Positions 10,201-21,729 of a DNA stretch of 64,000 bases are shown piece by piece (position 1 is the stretch's first letter; each line of letters starts with the position of its first letter). This stretch comes from Bilabrum cf. latius (lineage: Eukaryota): the NCBI GenBank assembly GCA_965178125.1, contig OZ237748.1, positions 558,001 through 622,000 of the forward strand. The letters run 5' to 3'. A program made the position numbers and the translations under genes. The notes beneath the pieces were generated by a model. It did not search any database. It saw only the letters and a program-made list of their open reading frames with translations, and was not told where the DNA came from.

Positions 10201-12831
10201 ACACCACACGAACACGTGACCTTATGCTTCTATATCACGCCCAAGCTGATACTCATATCACATTGTTACATGTCAGCGACCCATTGCATGCCAAGCGAGC
10301 TCTGCCATCCTGTATCAAAACACTCTGTATGCGTGTAGCACGCACCAGCCACGGCTTGGCCAGGCGAGCGCATTTACTCCCTTCCAGGATCTATCACTGC
10401 GAGACTGTTTCGTCTTGGTCTATTGTCCTCGCTACAAAGCTTGGCTATCAGGCCGGGGCATAGCTGTAGAACACATGTGCTACCGAAATTCCGAACAAGT
10501 GAGAGACTCACATCAGTCTACACAATCTCTCCGATCTAAATCACTTCGTAACGTGCCTCCGTACCTACGGCACACAACTGACGGAACTAGTCAATCCGTT
10601 AATGCACGAACTGGCAAGACAAACTATGCACAGTATCATACGAACAAGCCCTATTTTGGTCGTTTCAGAGCAACCAATCCCTCCCAAACGGCGATCCGAT
10701 GCAACCAATCGGATCCGAAGTTGAATCCAATCACAGGATTGCGCTCCCAAGATCACGCTCATGGGTCCAAACCATGATACCATACCATACCTACAGCCCC
10801 AGATACGCGCACAAGTGTCCAGCCCCAAACCATCAACACAAGAGGAGAACCGCGAAGGGACCTGCCAGCGGGTCTCGGACCCGGGAGCGGGCAATCCAAA
10901 GCCGGACAGGGAAACACACCCATCCAACACACAAGCACACAAACACAAGACCAACCTCTCCCTCAACATATTTCTCTCTCTCTCACCTTATTCACCGCAT
11001 TCACGTCCCCCCCATTTTCAATCAGCATCCGCAGACAGTCTTTGTGCCCATTCCTGGATGCCCAATAAACAGGTGTGTGGCCTTTCTGCGGTGGGGGGAT
11101 GGGAGACAGGGGGTGGGGGGGAGCAGGGTGTGTGCTTGGGGGGGGGGGGGGGGTGAATGTGTGTGGGCATGGGGCGTGTGATGGGGGTATTGGGGGGGCT
11201 TTGGGACGGGCCGGTGGGAGTCGCTCTGGGCCCTAGGGGCGCAGTCCCCAGGTGGATTTCCTCTCAAGGGACAAAATCACCTTAAGCAAAAGACATCCAA
11301 ACATACACCAATATTCTTATCAGCCCATTCCATCTCGACAGGGACCGGTCCCGGCCTCTAAATCCGACTGTCGACTGAGATAGCCGAGGGGGCCTCTGGG
11401 GGGACGGTCGGCGGCCGCCTCGCCGGCTGTGCAGGTCCTGAAAGACAAATTACTCAAATTAAGCACATCAATGAATGACATACTGTGTATGTATCGATCA
11501 GTGCAAACTCATTGAGCTCTGCTCATCGGACGCGCAAGCCAGGCAATGAGGATCGAGCTGATACCCGTCACACAGGCCAGTCATGTTCTCCCCCGGGGAG
11601 CTGTCAACGATCAAGACCCAACCTTGAACAAAAGAAGTCAACAAAGTCGACCAAGCAATATACATTCGCCTCGGAAACTTAAACATATCCCAGTGAATCC
11701 ACATCCCGGAAGCCGCCACTCACCTGCCCCACCCAACACGAGAGCTAGGTGGGCCAGACGGGCAGGGCTGAACGATGGCCAGGGTGCCTCGCACAAATAC
11801 TAGAAGATATGCATGGTCAAATATTACGACATACAATCGACCGCATCCAGATGACATCAATAACAAATTGCGCCTCCTATTGAGACCGAGCCAGTCACCG
11901 GGGAGCACCTGCTCGGGGGCCCGGCTCAACCGACCAGGAGCCATTCAGATGCTATGCTCGCCACTCCAAGGGAAACAAACAGTATACAGGACACCACAAG
12001 CAAATCGAATATCCCGAATACTACCTACAATCCACCTTGTTGGGGCAGGCAGCCTCTCTCTCTCTCACGTTGCTGGCAGCATTCACGTTAGCGCCCCTCT
12101 CGATGAGCAGCTTCAGGCAGTCCGCCTTACCGTAGCATGCTGCATAGTATGCAGCTGTCTGGCCATACTACGATGCACTAAAGAAAGATTTAACCGTTGA
12201 TAGGTAGCCGTAGATGGCAGACAGACCCCGAGGGAAGAAAGCAACCTGGTGGCGGAGGGTGAGGATCCGCTGATGGCCAGGCGCGGAGAGCAAGCAATAC
12301 AAGAGGTGCATGTCACTGCCATGTACAGGTAGCAGCAGTACTACATAATCAAATCAGCTTCCCCGACTCGCCCCCTAAATTTAGCTCATCAAAGAATCGA
12401 TGGCATGCATCAGGTCTCCAATGGTGGATCGCTGTCATCCCATCACTGGTGAGCTTTGTGACAGCCTGTACGCGGACCTTCTGGTGTAAACAAGAATACT
12501 AGCTCAAAAAGAAATCCAAAAGCCCAGTCAGTCGTACTCAATCTCACTCTATCTTTGGATTCGGTGTCCGTTCCCAAATCCAGGCAGGCCCTCAGGTCGT
12601 CCACCGTGCCATTTCCGGCTGCTGTAAGAAGTGCGTCTCCCCTGTGAAGTCTTAAGATCAATGTTAATATTGTATGTATCGCGACAAGCTGACTCGTGTA
12701 AATCGAATCCACGAGGATAACTCAACGCACCACAAGAGAAAACTAGGATAGTCTACAACAGCTGCTACGGAAAACTTTCAGCCTGAACAAATTATACAGG
12801 TACTCAGATAAAGACACACAAGATCTTACAT
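7287..12831 (-). CDS. Ankyrin-repeat array gene 2; exons 12830-12831, 12548-12641, 12069-12167, 10987-11085, 9507-9605, 7777-7875, 7287-7625
   Basis: N-cap MGDALLTAAGNGTVDDLRACLDLGTDTESKDR, then four 99-nt ANK exons (types A,B,B,C) with canonical splice sites. The terminal exon ends LLQEA-TAG-GGA-TGA. Confidence 0.9.
8626..8966 (+). mobile_element. Intronic insertion: hairpin head (ggtcagctgttcgttcgcgaacgttcagctg) fused to a full B repeat
   Basis: B homology over 8681-8966. Absent from the paralogous intron of gene 3 (~14620-14640). The sequence ttcccggc occurs at both junctions. Confidence 0.8.
9726..9773 (-). mobile_element. 48-bp terminal fragment of the Ngaro-like A repeat
   Basis: taaatcacttcgtaacgtgcctccgtacctacggcacacaactgacgg is identical to 39436-39483 and absent from paralogous introns. 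Confidence 0.85.
10388..10584 (-). mobile_element. ~200-bp miniature Ngaro-like derivative retaining both element termini
   Basis: Begins with the B terminus gatctatcactgcgag and ends with the A terminus cacacaactgacgg, with internal deletions. Confidence 0.8.
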
Positions 12832-12892
12832 CTCGAACTAATATCACAAAGAGACAAGCGTCTTCCAATAGGCGGCTGCCGACCAGGTGTGA

Positions 12893-12916
12893 GCGGAACT
12901 TATTTTGGCGCCGCGC
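12893..12916. promoter_or_regulatory. Conserved upstream motif gcggaacttattttggcgccgcgc of the ankyrin genes (also at ~29618, ~40458, ~45440, ~50414)
   Basis: Recurs about 60-100 bp upstream of the split ATG in several paralogues (displaced by the hAT insertion in gene 6). The promoter role is inferred from position only. Confidence 0.45.
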
Positions 12917-13305
12917 ACGGTCGGCCAGGCGCCCGGGTCACGAATGGGCCTTTGCCGCGGTCCATGTAGATGAAACTGTCGTTTTTATTATGTCACTGAG
13001 TTTGATTACTATAGTAGTATGGTAGCCATCGTATTAAGATCTAGTACACTCGATCCTTTCTGATCCATATATAGTCAGTAATAGCAAGCAAGCAAACAGT
13101 GGCCCGAGCTGCCATTCCAAGGCAAGCCCCAGACCCAGTTCAACTTCAAATCCAACTAACACATCCAACCACCTACCCCGATCAGACTCTCAGAAGCCCC
13201 AGTTCAATCCATGCCCTCACGTGGGTCGATCGAACCTGGTCTGCCGTAGCAGCGTGCACGCAGCTACCCGTAGGATCCTCCTTCTCACCAGCCTAGATCT
13301 AGAGC

Positions 13306-16300
13306 TCATCCCTAGGCCTCCTGCAATAGCTTCACGCAATCGTCGTGCCCACCCAGCCTGGCTGCCTCCAGTGGAAGCACCAGCCTAGAGCTCCCACTAC
13401 CATGTATCGATATTCCCTTGATATCCAACCCACCGGCCAGCTTGCCTAGCCTCAGCCTCCTGGCAAGCTCAAGTGGCCTGCCCTCACTCGCCGCCTGGAA
13501 CACCATCCCAGCGTCCCTCTTGGCCTCCACTGCCTGCCTCCAGCACATGACTCTTCGAATATTAGAGCGGATGAATAACCGGATGGTGGTAGCTGTCTCG
13601 GTCTTGCCATTGGAGTCTGCTTTCTCGGTAGGAGTCTCGCCTCTCTGCTCGATCAAAGAAAGCGACGGAGACAGGAGGGGTCATGGGGTCAAAGATGTGC
13701 GGGGGGTGGATTCGTGGGTGGGAGGGTTCTTCGATCCCTTGGATAGCTTGATGGACATTTGGGAATCAAGAGCTATTGCGATACATCTGTGGAAACTCAC
13801 TTTGTTCTAGATGTCCCTGCGGGCCCCTGCCTCCATGAGGATGGTGGCGCAGGCGGTGTAGCCATAGTACGCTGCCCAGTGGAGGGGGGTGTCTCCCTAC
13901 TGCGGGTGAACCGGAGGTTTCTGTAAGGTCAAGGGCCAACATGGATTATCTCAAACGATTGCCCGACCGATCGATCTTTGAGAGCTTAAAGCTATGCAAC
14001 ATCACTACCACCGATATGCTCGGCCTGGCGCGGCAGCGGTCCGGGAGCAGCGAGCCGACGACCGAGATGTACCGCCAGGTGCACTGCCAAACCATCTCCA
14101 ACGGCAATCCAAGCAAACCAAGTGCATCCGTACAATACCTAAAACATGTAAATAATTTTGAATCCATCGCGGCTCCAGACCAGGCAGTGCCGATAGACAC
14201 GGGCTGCATCCATAGAGTTCAGGTGCTGTGCTCAAACGACTGCAGAAAACTGATCATACAGCATCCAGCTACGCTGTCAGTAAGCTCCACGCATACCTCG
14301 TTCATTGATACTAAATCCATATCCGAACAAACCAAGCAAATTGATTTGATTGGCAAGGCAGTCAAAATTCCCAATCTTGGGTGATCCGATGCCAGCGAAG
14401 CTTCGCAAGAACGAACCGGACAGAGCCGTTCATATATAGACACACAGTGCAAGGCCTGTCAAGCATCAAACCCACCATAGATCTGACCCGGACAACTTCG
14501 ATTCATAAGAAATACCATACATCAAGTCCAAATAAGGCATCCGGCATCGCTCCATAGCCCAACCCACGCTCCTGGACGGCCACTGATCTCGCGAGCAACT
14601 ACGGCAAGAGGATCATCTCCGCTGAATACGACCCCCCGCCTCCAATAACATGCCAAAAAGTCGAATTATGCAACAATGAAAACAATCAGCCCCGCTAGCA
14701 GAGCCAAACGGTCTCCGCTTGAGAATCGAATGGACCATCGAGCACCAGTCAAGGCTTGGCCAGGCGAGCGCAGTTGCATCCTTCCGGAACCGGTCAATCC
14801 GGCAATGGGTGGCTTAAACAAGAGCATAATCCACATTTCGAAAAGAATAAAGCTCTCCGAACCTTTTGAAAGCGACCAATCGCTCCCGATCGGCGATCCG
14901 ATGCGACCATTCGGATCCGGAGTCGAATCCGATCGCAGGATTGCGCTCCCAAAATCACGCCGATGAATCCAAATCATGGTACCATATCATACCTACAGCT
15001 CGAGATACGCGCACAAGTGTCCAGCCCCAATCCGTCAACGCAGCGGGAGCACCGCGAAGGACCCCTGCCAGCGGGTCTCGGGCCCGGGAGCGGGCAATTC
15101 CAAGCCGGACAGACACACACACCCGTCCAACACATAAGCACACACACACAATACCAACCTCTCCCTCAAAATACTTCTCTCTCTCTCACCGTATCCACCG
15201 CATTCACGTCCCCCCCATTTTCAAGCAGCAATCGAAGGCAATCATCGTGCCCATTGAAGGATGCATCACGAACGGGTGTGGAGCCATCCTGCGGTGGAGA
15301 AGGGGGACATGGGGTGGGGGGAGCAGGGGGTGTGCTTGGAGTGGGTGTGGGTGGATGTGTGTGGGCATGGGGCGGGTGATGGGTGTGTGTGGAGGGCGCA
15401 AAGACGGACAGGTGGGAGTCGCTCTGGACCCTAGGGGCGCAGTCCCCGAATCGATTCTCGCTCGAGGGACAAAATCATCAAAATCGAAACCAATCCAAAC
15501 ATACACCAATCTTCCTATCAAGCCATTCCATCGCGACAGGGACCGGTCCCGGCATCTGGATCCGCCTATGGACTGATATAGCCGAAGCGCCCTCTGGGGG
15601 ATCCTGTAATGCTTGCTCGACTGATGTGTCTTACAATTGGAGCCATGCGGTAGGGTGCCCAGCGGAGTAATGTGTCTTGGACATGACGAATTCCAATGGG
15701 GCACATGAACAATAGGCTGTCGAACTCCAGCTCAGCGTCAAAATTAACCCACTGTTGCAGACTCAGCCGCCATAATCCTTAGTAATTATACACGCTTAAG
15801 TTAGGAGACCGAATTCCCTGAAAACTATAGCGCAGTCTGTCCCGTTGAAGTGGAATAGCACAGAAGGACATCGTGGCGCGCCTCGCAGCACACCGAATGC
15901 AGACTTGCTGGCAGCGAAAGCGCAGCAAAAACTTCTAAAATAATTAGTGCCATCGAAGGCGTTAGAGTACTCAGTGCTGCGGCGCAGAGCTGCAGACTGG
16001 TCGTTGAGCCCTGAGCTGCGTCGCATCTTTAGCGTCGCAGGCCGTGCCAGAGAAGAAAGCTACTGGCTTAGGCTGCTTCTGTATTTCTTTGCTAATTCTG
16101 TCTAGCGCTGAGGCTGATCTCTCTCTTTCCCCAGTGTAGACTCGAACCGGAATGACACCTCGCTGGTCGATCACAGGATCACGCCAGTATCAGCTGAACG
16201 TTCGCGAACGAACAGCTGACCCTGCCCGCCGGGCAGTGCCCGGGACGGGCATCGGCCGCCTCACCGGCTGTGGAGGTCCTGAAATGCAATTGACCCAAAT

Positions 16301-17665
16301 TAATCACTTCGATGTCATACTATGTATGTACTGATTAGTACAAACTCCTTGAACTCCGCCCATCGGAGGCGCAAGTCAGGCAATGAGGATCGAGCTGAAT
16401 GCTCGTCACACAGGACAATCCTGTCCTCCCCAGGGGAGCTGCCATCGAACGACAACCAACCTTGAACAAAGGAAATACACCAAGTCAACCAATCAATTGG
16501 CATTCGCCCTCTAAACCCAGACACAACTCGGGTGAATCCGCATCCTGCAAGCCAACACTCACCTGCCCCAACCAGCACGGGAGCCAGGTGGGCCAGCCGG
16601 GCGGGGCTGAGGCATGGCCAAACGGCCTTGCGCCAATACAAGAAGACCTACCTGGTCAAACTATACCAACATAGAATCGACCGCATCCACAAGAAAGCAA
16701 AAACAAATCGCGCCTCCCCTTGAGACCTTGTCAGTCACCACCGGGGAGCACATGCTCGGGGGCCCGGCTCGATCGACGAGGAGCAAACTAGAGGCCATGC
16801 TAGCCACTTGAACGGGTAAGAACAGTATAATAAACTCCCAAGCCAACTAAAATATCCCAAGTATCGCCTACAACCCGTCCTGTTGGCCAGGTAGCCTCTC
16901 TCTCTCACGTCTCTGGCAGCGTTCACGTTGGCGCCCCTCTCGATGAGCAGCTTCAGGCAGTCCGTCCTGCCATTGCATGCAGCCTAGTATGCAGCTGTAC
17001 AACCATCCTGCGATGCACCAAGACAGATAAAACCGTTAGTGGGTAGCCGTGGATGGCAAGCAGATCCCGAGGGAAGGGAGCAACCTGGTGGCGGGGGGTG
17101 AGGATCCGCTGATGGCCAGGCGCGGAGAGCAAGCAGAACTAGAGGTGCATGTCACTGCCATGTACGCACACCATTGCACCTGAATCAAATTAGCTCCCCC
17201 GACTCGCCCCGTAATTTAGCTCGCCGATGAATCGATGGCGTGCAACAGGTCTCCAATGGTGGATTGCCATCATACCATCATTGGTGAGCTCCGAAACAGC
17301 CTGTTCGTGGACCTTCCCGTCTTGACATTAATATCAACTCAAAAAGGAATCCAACAGCTCGACCAGAAGAGCTCAATCTCACTCTATCTTTTGATTCGAT
17401 GTCCGTTCCCGAATCCAGGCAAGCCCTCAGGTCGTCAACCATGCCATTTACGGCTGCTGCTCGAAGTGCGTCTCCCCTGTGAAGCTTGAAAATTGTCGTA
17501 AGTAATTTATGTATCGCGTGAAGCAGACTCATGTGGATCAAATCCACGAGGACATCACAGCGCACCTCAGGTAGCCAGGATACACACTGTAACAACAGCT
17601 GCTACGGAGCGGTATCATACTCTACGAGTTGTACAAACCAAATATGAATACACACTATCTTACAT
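13306..17665 (-). CDS. Ankyrin-repeat array gene 3; exons 17664-17665, 17383-17476, 16909-17007, 15190-15288, 13801-13899, 13306-13644
   Basis: Exon types A,B,C, all 99 nt with intact splice sites. In-frame TAG at 16984 and twice in exon 13801-13899; one reads RDI-TAG-NK where gene 1 has RDI-CAG-NN. Confidence 0.85.
15601..16240 (-). mobile_element. Intronic insertion headed by the hairpin motif; its ~300 bp head matches 21303-21617
   Basis: Interrupts the conserved intron sequence ctctggggg|gggacgg. 15915-16222 is the reverse complement of 21311-21617. Confidence 0.75.
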
Positions 17666-19022
17666 CTCAAACTGATATCACAATAAGAACCAGTGCCCTA
17701 CAAGCAGGCTGGAGGAAGGAATTCTGGTTTAAGATGCAATTCACGATAGTGTAATAAGCACACAACCCAAAAATCCGAAAAACTACTGTGCGGTAGAACA
17801 CCTAACATAGTAAAAGCAGAAATCCAAACAGGCGGATTGTTGCGGGACAAGCCCTCGCACCCAACCACAGCGGTCGCTGTGGCACCGGTATCCCCCAAAA
17901 CTGCTTTAGTATCTGGGGAACGCGAACGGTGAGGGGCAGATCGCGATTGATGCTGCCTGCACCGTCAATGTTTCAGGGCGCCGCCATCACGCTCGTCGGC
18001 GTGATAGAGTGGCCATGAATTCGTCTCTCAGTCGTGAGGTGGCATGTGCTGCCGAGGCGAGCCGAACTGTCCATGCCTTGTCGAGTCGGCGTTCTAGGCG
18101 TCTGAGCACCTTGCGCTAGGTAGAGCCAGAGGACCACGATCCAATGCTTGTCTCCACCCCGGGTATCTGGCAGGAGATAGCCAGCGGTAAGGGTATTCCC
18201 AGGGAGAGTGCCTTGCGGCGAACAGTCGAAGACTCCTCGTTTGGAAGATGGACAATAGGCCGGGATCATGGGGAATGTTCTAAGCACACGCAACTAAAGA
18301 CAAAATACCAATTGCAGGTGCTCAGAAACAAGCTGCGCCAGCAGGAGCAGCTGACATGCAGGCAGTGGATGCGTGGTGATGCGGCGGCTGCCTTAGCCGC
18401 CACGGCCACGCAGGAGCTGATAGCGGCAACCAATGCGAACGCCCGACTACAGCGACGGATTTTCAAGCCCCACGGCTTGCTGAAGGATATAGAGAGGCAA
18501 TAGGCCAAAGGCATGAGCGCGTGCATGCTCGCCTCTCTGAAGGACCGTGAGACGCAGAAACGGTCATGGAGGAGGAAATGGTGGGTCTCGACCGGGGACC
18601 CCGATGTGGGACTGGACCGCGCCTTGTGCCGGGCACACGCTCCGCACCTGTATGTTTTCTCCTTGTGAAGGCAACAGGCTGGGGGCCTGTGGGGGACCAC
18701 ACTGATGGCGAAGAATGGGAACTCGGCGGCATAGGCTGAGAACGGGGTGCCTTTGGCCTGAAAGGGTCGGGGGTCTTGTAGTCCTTTGTTTTAGGGCTCC
18801 TCTGGATCTAGGTGATCACCCAAACCCCCTCGGGGGCGACGGTGCATCTGGGTGCTTACGGAATCTTTACCCAACAATGTATTTCTGTACTTCCAATTTG
18901 GAGCACAGAGGTGCAACACATCACTTTGAGTGCAAACCACGAGTAATCGAAGGCTCACTTGCAAATATTCATATTGGATCTGCTCTTGGCTAGCTGCGTA
19001 TTTGGACTGAATCTCTATAACT

Positions 19023-19415
19023 ATGTTCTGGAGCATATTCAAGCTGATTTCGACTAGCCACAGCCTCCATCTGAAGTTTGGAGGACTCTTCCGGGCGGTG
19101 CCTATGCCCGGCACAAAGCCTATGAAGCCAGCTCCCTCGACTTCGCTCGAGCACATTCCCAGGCTGTTTGTAAGCAGCGGCCCTGCAGCATCGGCAGCAA
19201 GCGGCGGGACTGCCGGAGCTGATGCAAACTCCCAAGTACAGGAGCAGCAGTCGCAGCGCCGTTCCAGAGGCAGCGGCAGGCGAAAGTCGAATTCCAGCTC
19301 CCGAACCGAGCAGCAGGCAGACAGCAGCCGCAGTGGCGGAGGCATGGGCATGGAAGCCCGCACCGAGTCAAGCCGCAGAGGCCATGCAAGAGGAGCTGGA
19401 TCAATCGCATCATCA

Positions 19416-19450
<35 letters not shown>

Positions 19451-20827
19451 ATCGGCGGGGAAGACCCAGGGCCCCTTGTCGGTGGCAAGGCGAGCCGGGG
19501 TGCAGGCACCCAGGGAGGCGTGTGTCCTGAAGGCGAAGGTGAGGAAGTGAAAGACAATGCCTAGCGAGATACAAGTGTACAACCACTCATCATTGCACTG
19601 ATACTCTTGATGCTGTGAATTTGCCTGTGTACCGCGACCACCGCACTCCCACCGTTGACCTCCCCTGATTGCTCATCGCAGACTATCCGGCCCGGCACTC
19701 TGGTCCTGGCGAGTGTGACCAGTGTGGGCTCCCGGTCCCTGACGCTGTCCCTCCCCTTTGGGATCAAGGGCAGAGTGACCCTGTAGGAGTGCGGCGCCGT
19801 GGTGAGGAGGAGGGTCAGGGGATGGCTCAGGGGCAGGGGCAGGGGCAGGGGCAAGGGCAAGGGCAAGGGCAAGGGGGATGCGGAGGCTGCAAGCGATGAC
19901 AAAGAATAGGATGAAAGCGAAGACACCGATGATGAGGATCATGAGTCCAGGCCAAGCACAGATGCACGCGGCCCCGCCCCGCTCACGGCATTCTTCCGCC
20001 CCGGGCAGCTGCTCCGGGCCTCCACGCTCGCTCCCAAGCCCAAGTCGGCGGCCGCGGCTCAGGCGGCAGAGGCCCGTGCCGCGCTCCTGGCTGCCAGCGG
20101 GGACGAGGAGGGGGCGGCGGCGGCCAGAGCACAGGCTGCCAGCGGGTCGAGGGGCTCTTCCGGTTTGGAAGTAGCGTGCAGTGTGGCCCCGACGCCGCTG
20201 GCGATGGGGCTGTCGAGGGCGTACGTGGAGGCTGGCACGCCGGTGGGGCGGCAGCTGGTGTCGGCCGAGGACGAGGGGTGGGTGGTGGACCTGAGGGTCG
20301 GGACGGGGGAGGGTGCAGGGAACGGTGGTGCGGTTGCAGGTGCGTCGGGCGGTAGGGGCCTCCGGGGGTTCCTTCCCTTTTCAGCGACTGACGGGACGGA
20401 CGGGCAGGGGAACCCCCTGACGGAGGGGGAATACCTGCTGGGTGCCCGTGTGACGAGTGTGAGGGGAGACGGGACGGCTGTGCTGCAGGTCCGGACGGGA
20501 GGGTACGAGATCGCGAGGGACTCCGGATCCGATGGAGCTGCAGCCAAGGGCAAGCGGAAGGGGAAGGGCTGGCCCAGCCGGTTTGGCGCCGCGGCGGTTT
20601 TGCTGGGCGGGGTGCAGGGATGGGGCAGCGTGAAGCCGGGCCAGCTGGTGCGCGGCCGCGTAGGGGGTCTGTGCAAGGGGGGCGTGTGGGTGAGCGTATG
20701 CGGGGGTGCGCTGGTGGGCACCGTCAGCGCCTGGCACCTGGGCGGCATGGCCAAAGCCGGATGGGACGAGGACATCCGCAGGTGGCTAAAGAGGACTATT
20801 AGTCGTCACACCTCCGTACGTGTCTGA
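19023..20827 (+). pseudogene. RRP5: 5' fragment of rRNA biogenesis protein RRP5 (S1-repeat protein); exons ~19023/19104-19538 and 19682-20827
   Basis: A phase-0 intron at 19539-19681 joins VLKAK|TIRPGTLVLASVTSVGSRSLTLSLPFGIKGRV. It is followed by an acidic insert, FFRPGQLLRAS, VSAEDEGWVVDL...GFLP and VKPGQLVRGRV...GTVSAWHL, the order of the N-terminal S1 repeats of Rrp5. The frame is open through 2 TAG (19784, 19907). The rest of the protein is not seen and the start is uncertain. Confidence 0.75.
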
Positions 20828-21302
20828 CGCTGCTGGTGCCATAGGCGGTTGTGTGGGCAGTCGATCGGCGCCGCGTGTCCCCGCACGAGTCTTGGTACTC
20901 CTCTCCATGCGTGAACCAGCACTTCCATCGTATTCGTTTATTGTGTTCATCCCTCGTCTCTCTCGCAGGACTTGCGCTCTAACCCATCGCGCGGTGTGTG
21001 TTGCAGGACTTTGACCACCGCTGTGACGCGGGAGTGAACGGCAGCAGGGACATGATGCAGTCATGCGTAACGATTCGGTGAGAGTGATTTTTTGTGGTCT
21101 TTGAGTGGAAGCAAACAGCAGAACCACCTGGTTGTGAGGCCTCACTGATGCTCCCATGGATGAGAATCAATCAGTAGGTTAGACGGTCGATGGGCAATGA
21201 AAGGATCCGGGGGATGTAAAACTGGCATTACATCCTGCCTGGCTAGCCTACTCTCAGAAGCAGCCCTATCGCCGAATATGATGGCTTTCACATAGTCTGT
21301 AG

Positions 21303-21617
21303 CCGGACAGGGTCAGCTGTTCGTTCGCGAACGTTCAGCTGATACTGGCGTGATCCTGTGATCGACCGGCGAGGTGTCATTCCGGTTCGAGTCTACACTG
21401 GGGAAAAAGAGAGATCAGCCTCTGCGCTAGACAGGATTAGCAAAGAAATACAGAAGCAGCCCAAGCCAGTAGCTTTCTTCTCTCCCTGCGACGCCAAGAT
21501 GCGACGGCAGCTCAGGGCACAACGACCAGTCCGCAGCTCTGCATCGCAGCACTGAGTACTCTAACGCCTTCGAGGGCACTAATTATTTTACAAATTTTTG
21601 CTGCGCTTTCGCTGCAA
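21303..21617 (+). mobile_element. Hairpin-headed dispersed repeat (second copy)
   Basis: Inverted copy of 15915-16230. Short head-only copies lie at 8630, ~48185 (minus strand) and 62807. Confidence 0.75.
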
Positions 21618-21729
21618 GCATTGCCTCAACACGGATGTGTGGCTTGACAACAAATAAATGGGCCAAACGCTTATCCCGATGCTATAGATCTCGTAAACTT
21701 GATCCAGTCTGATCCATATATAGTCAGTA

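Noticed and set aside
21345-21400. tRNA gene (B-box-like ggttcgagtc), e.g. a UAG-decoding tRNA
   Set aside because: I could not fold a cloverleaf or anticodon arm, and it lies inside a dispersed repeat.
15915-21617. One large transposon bounded by 300-bp inverted repeats
   Set aside because: The left copy is a self-contained insertion inside a gene 3 intron that continues normally on both sides; these are two independent copies in opposite orientation.
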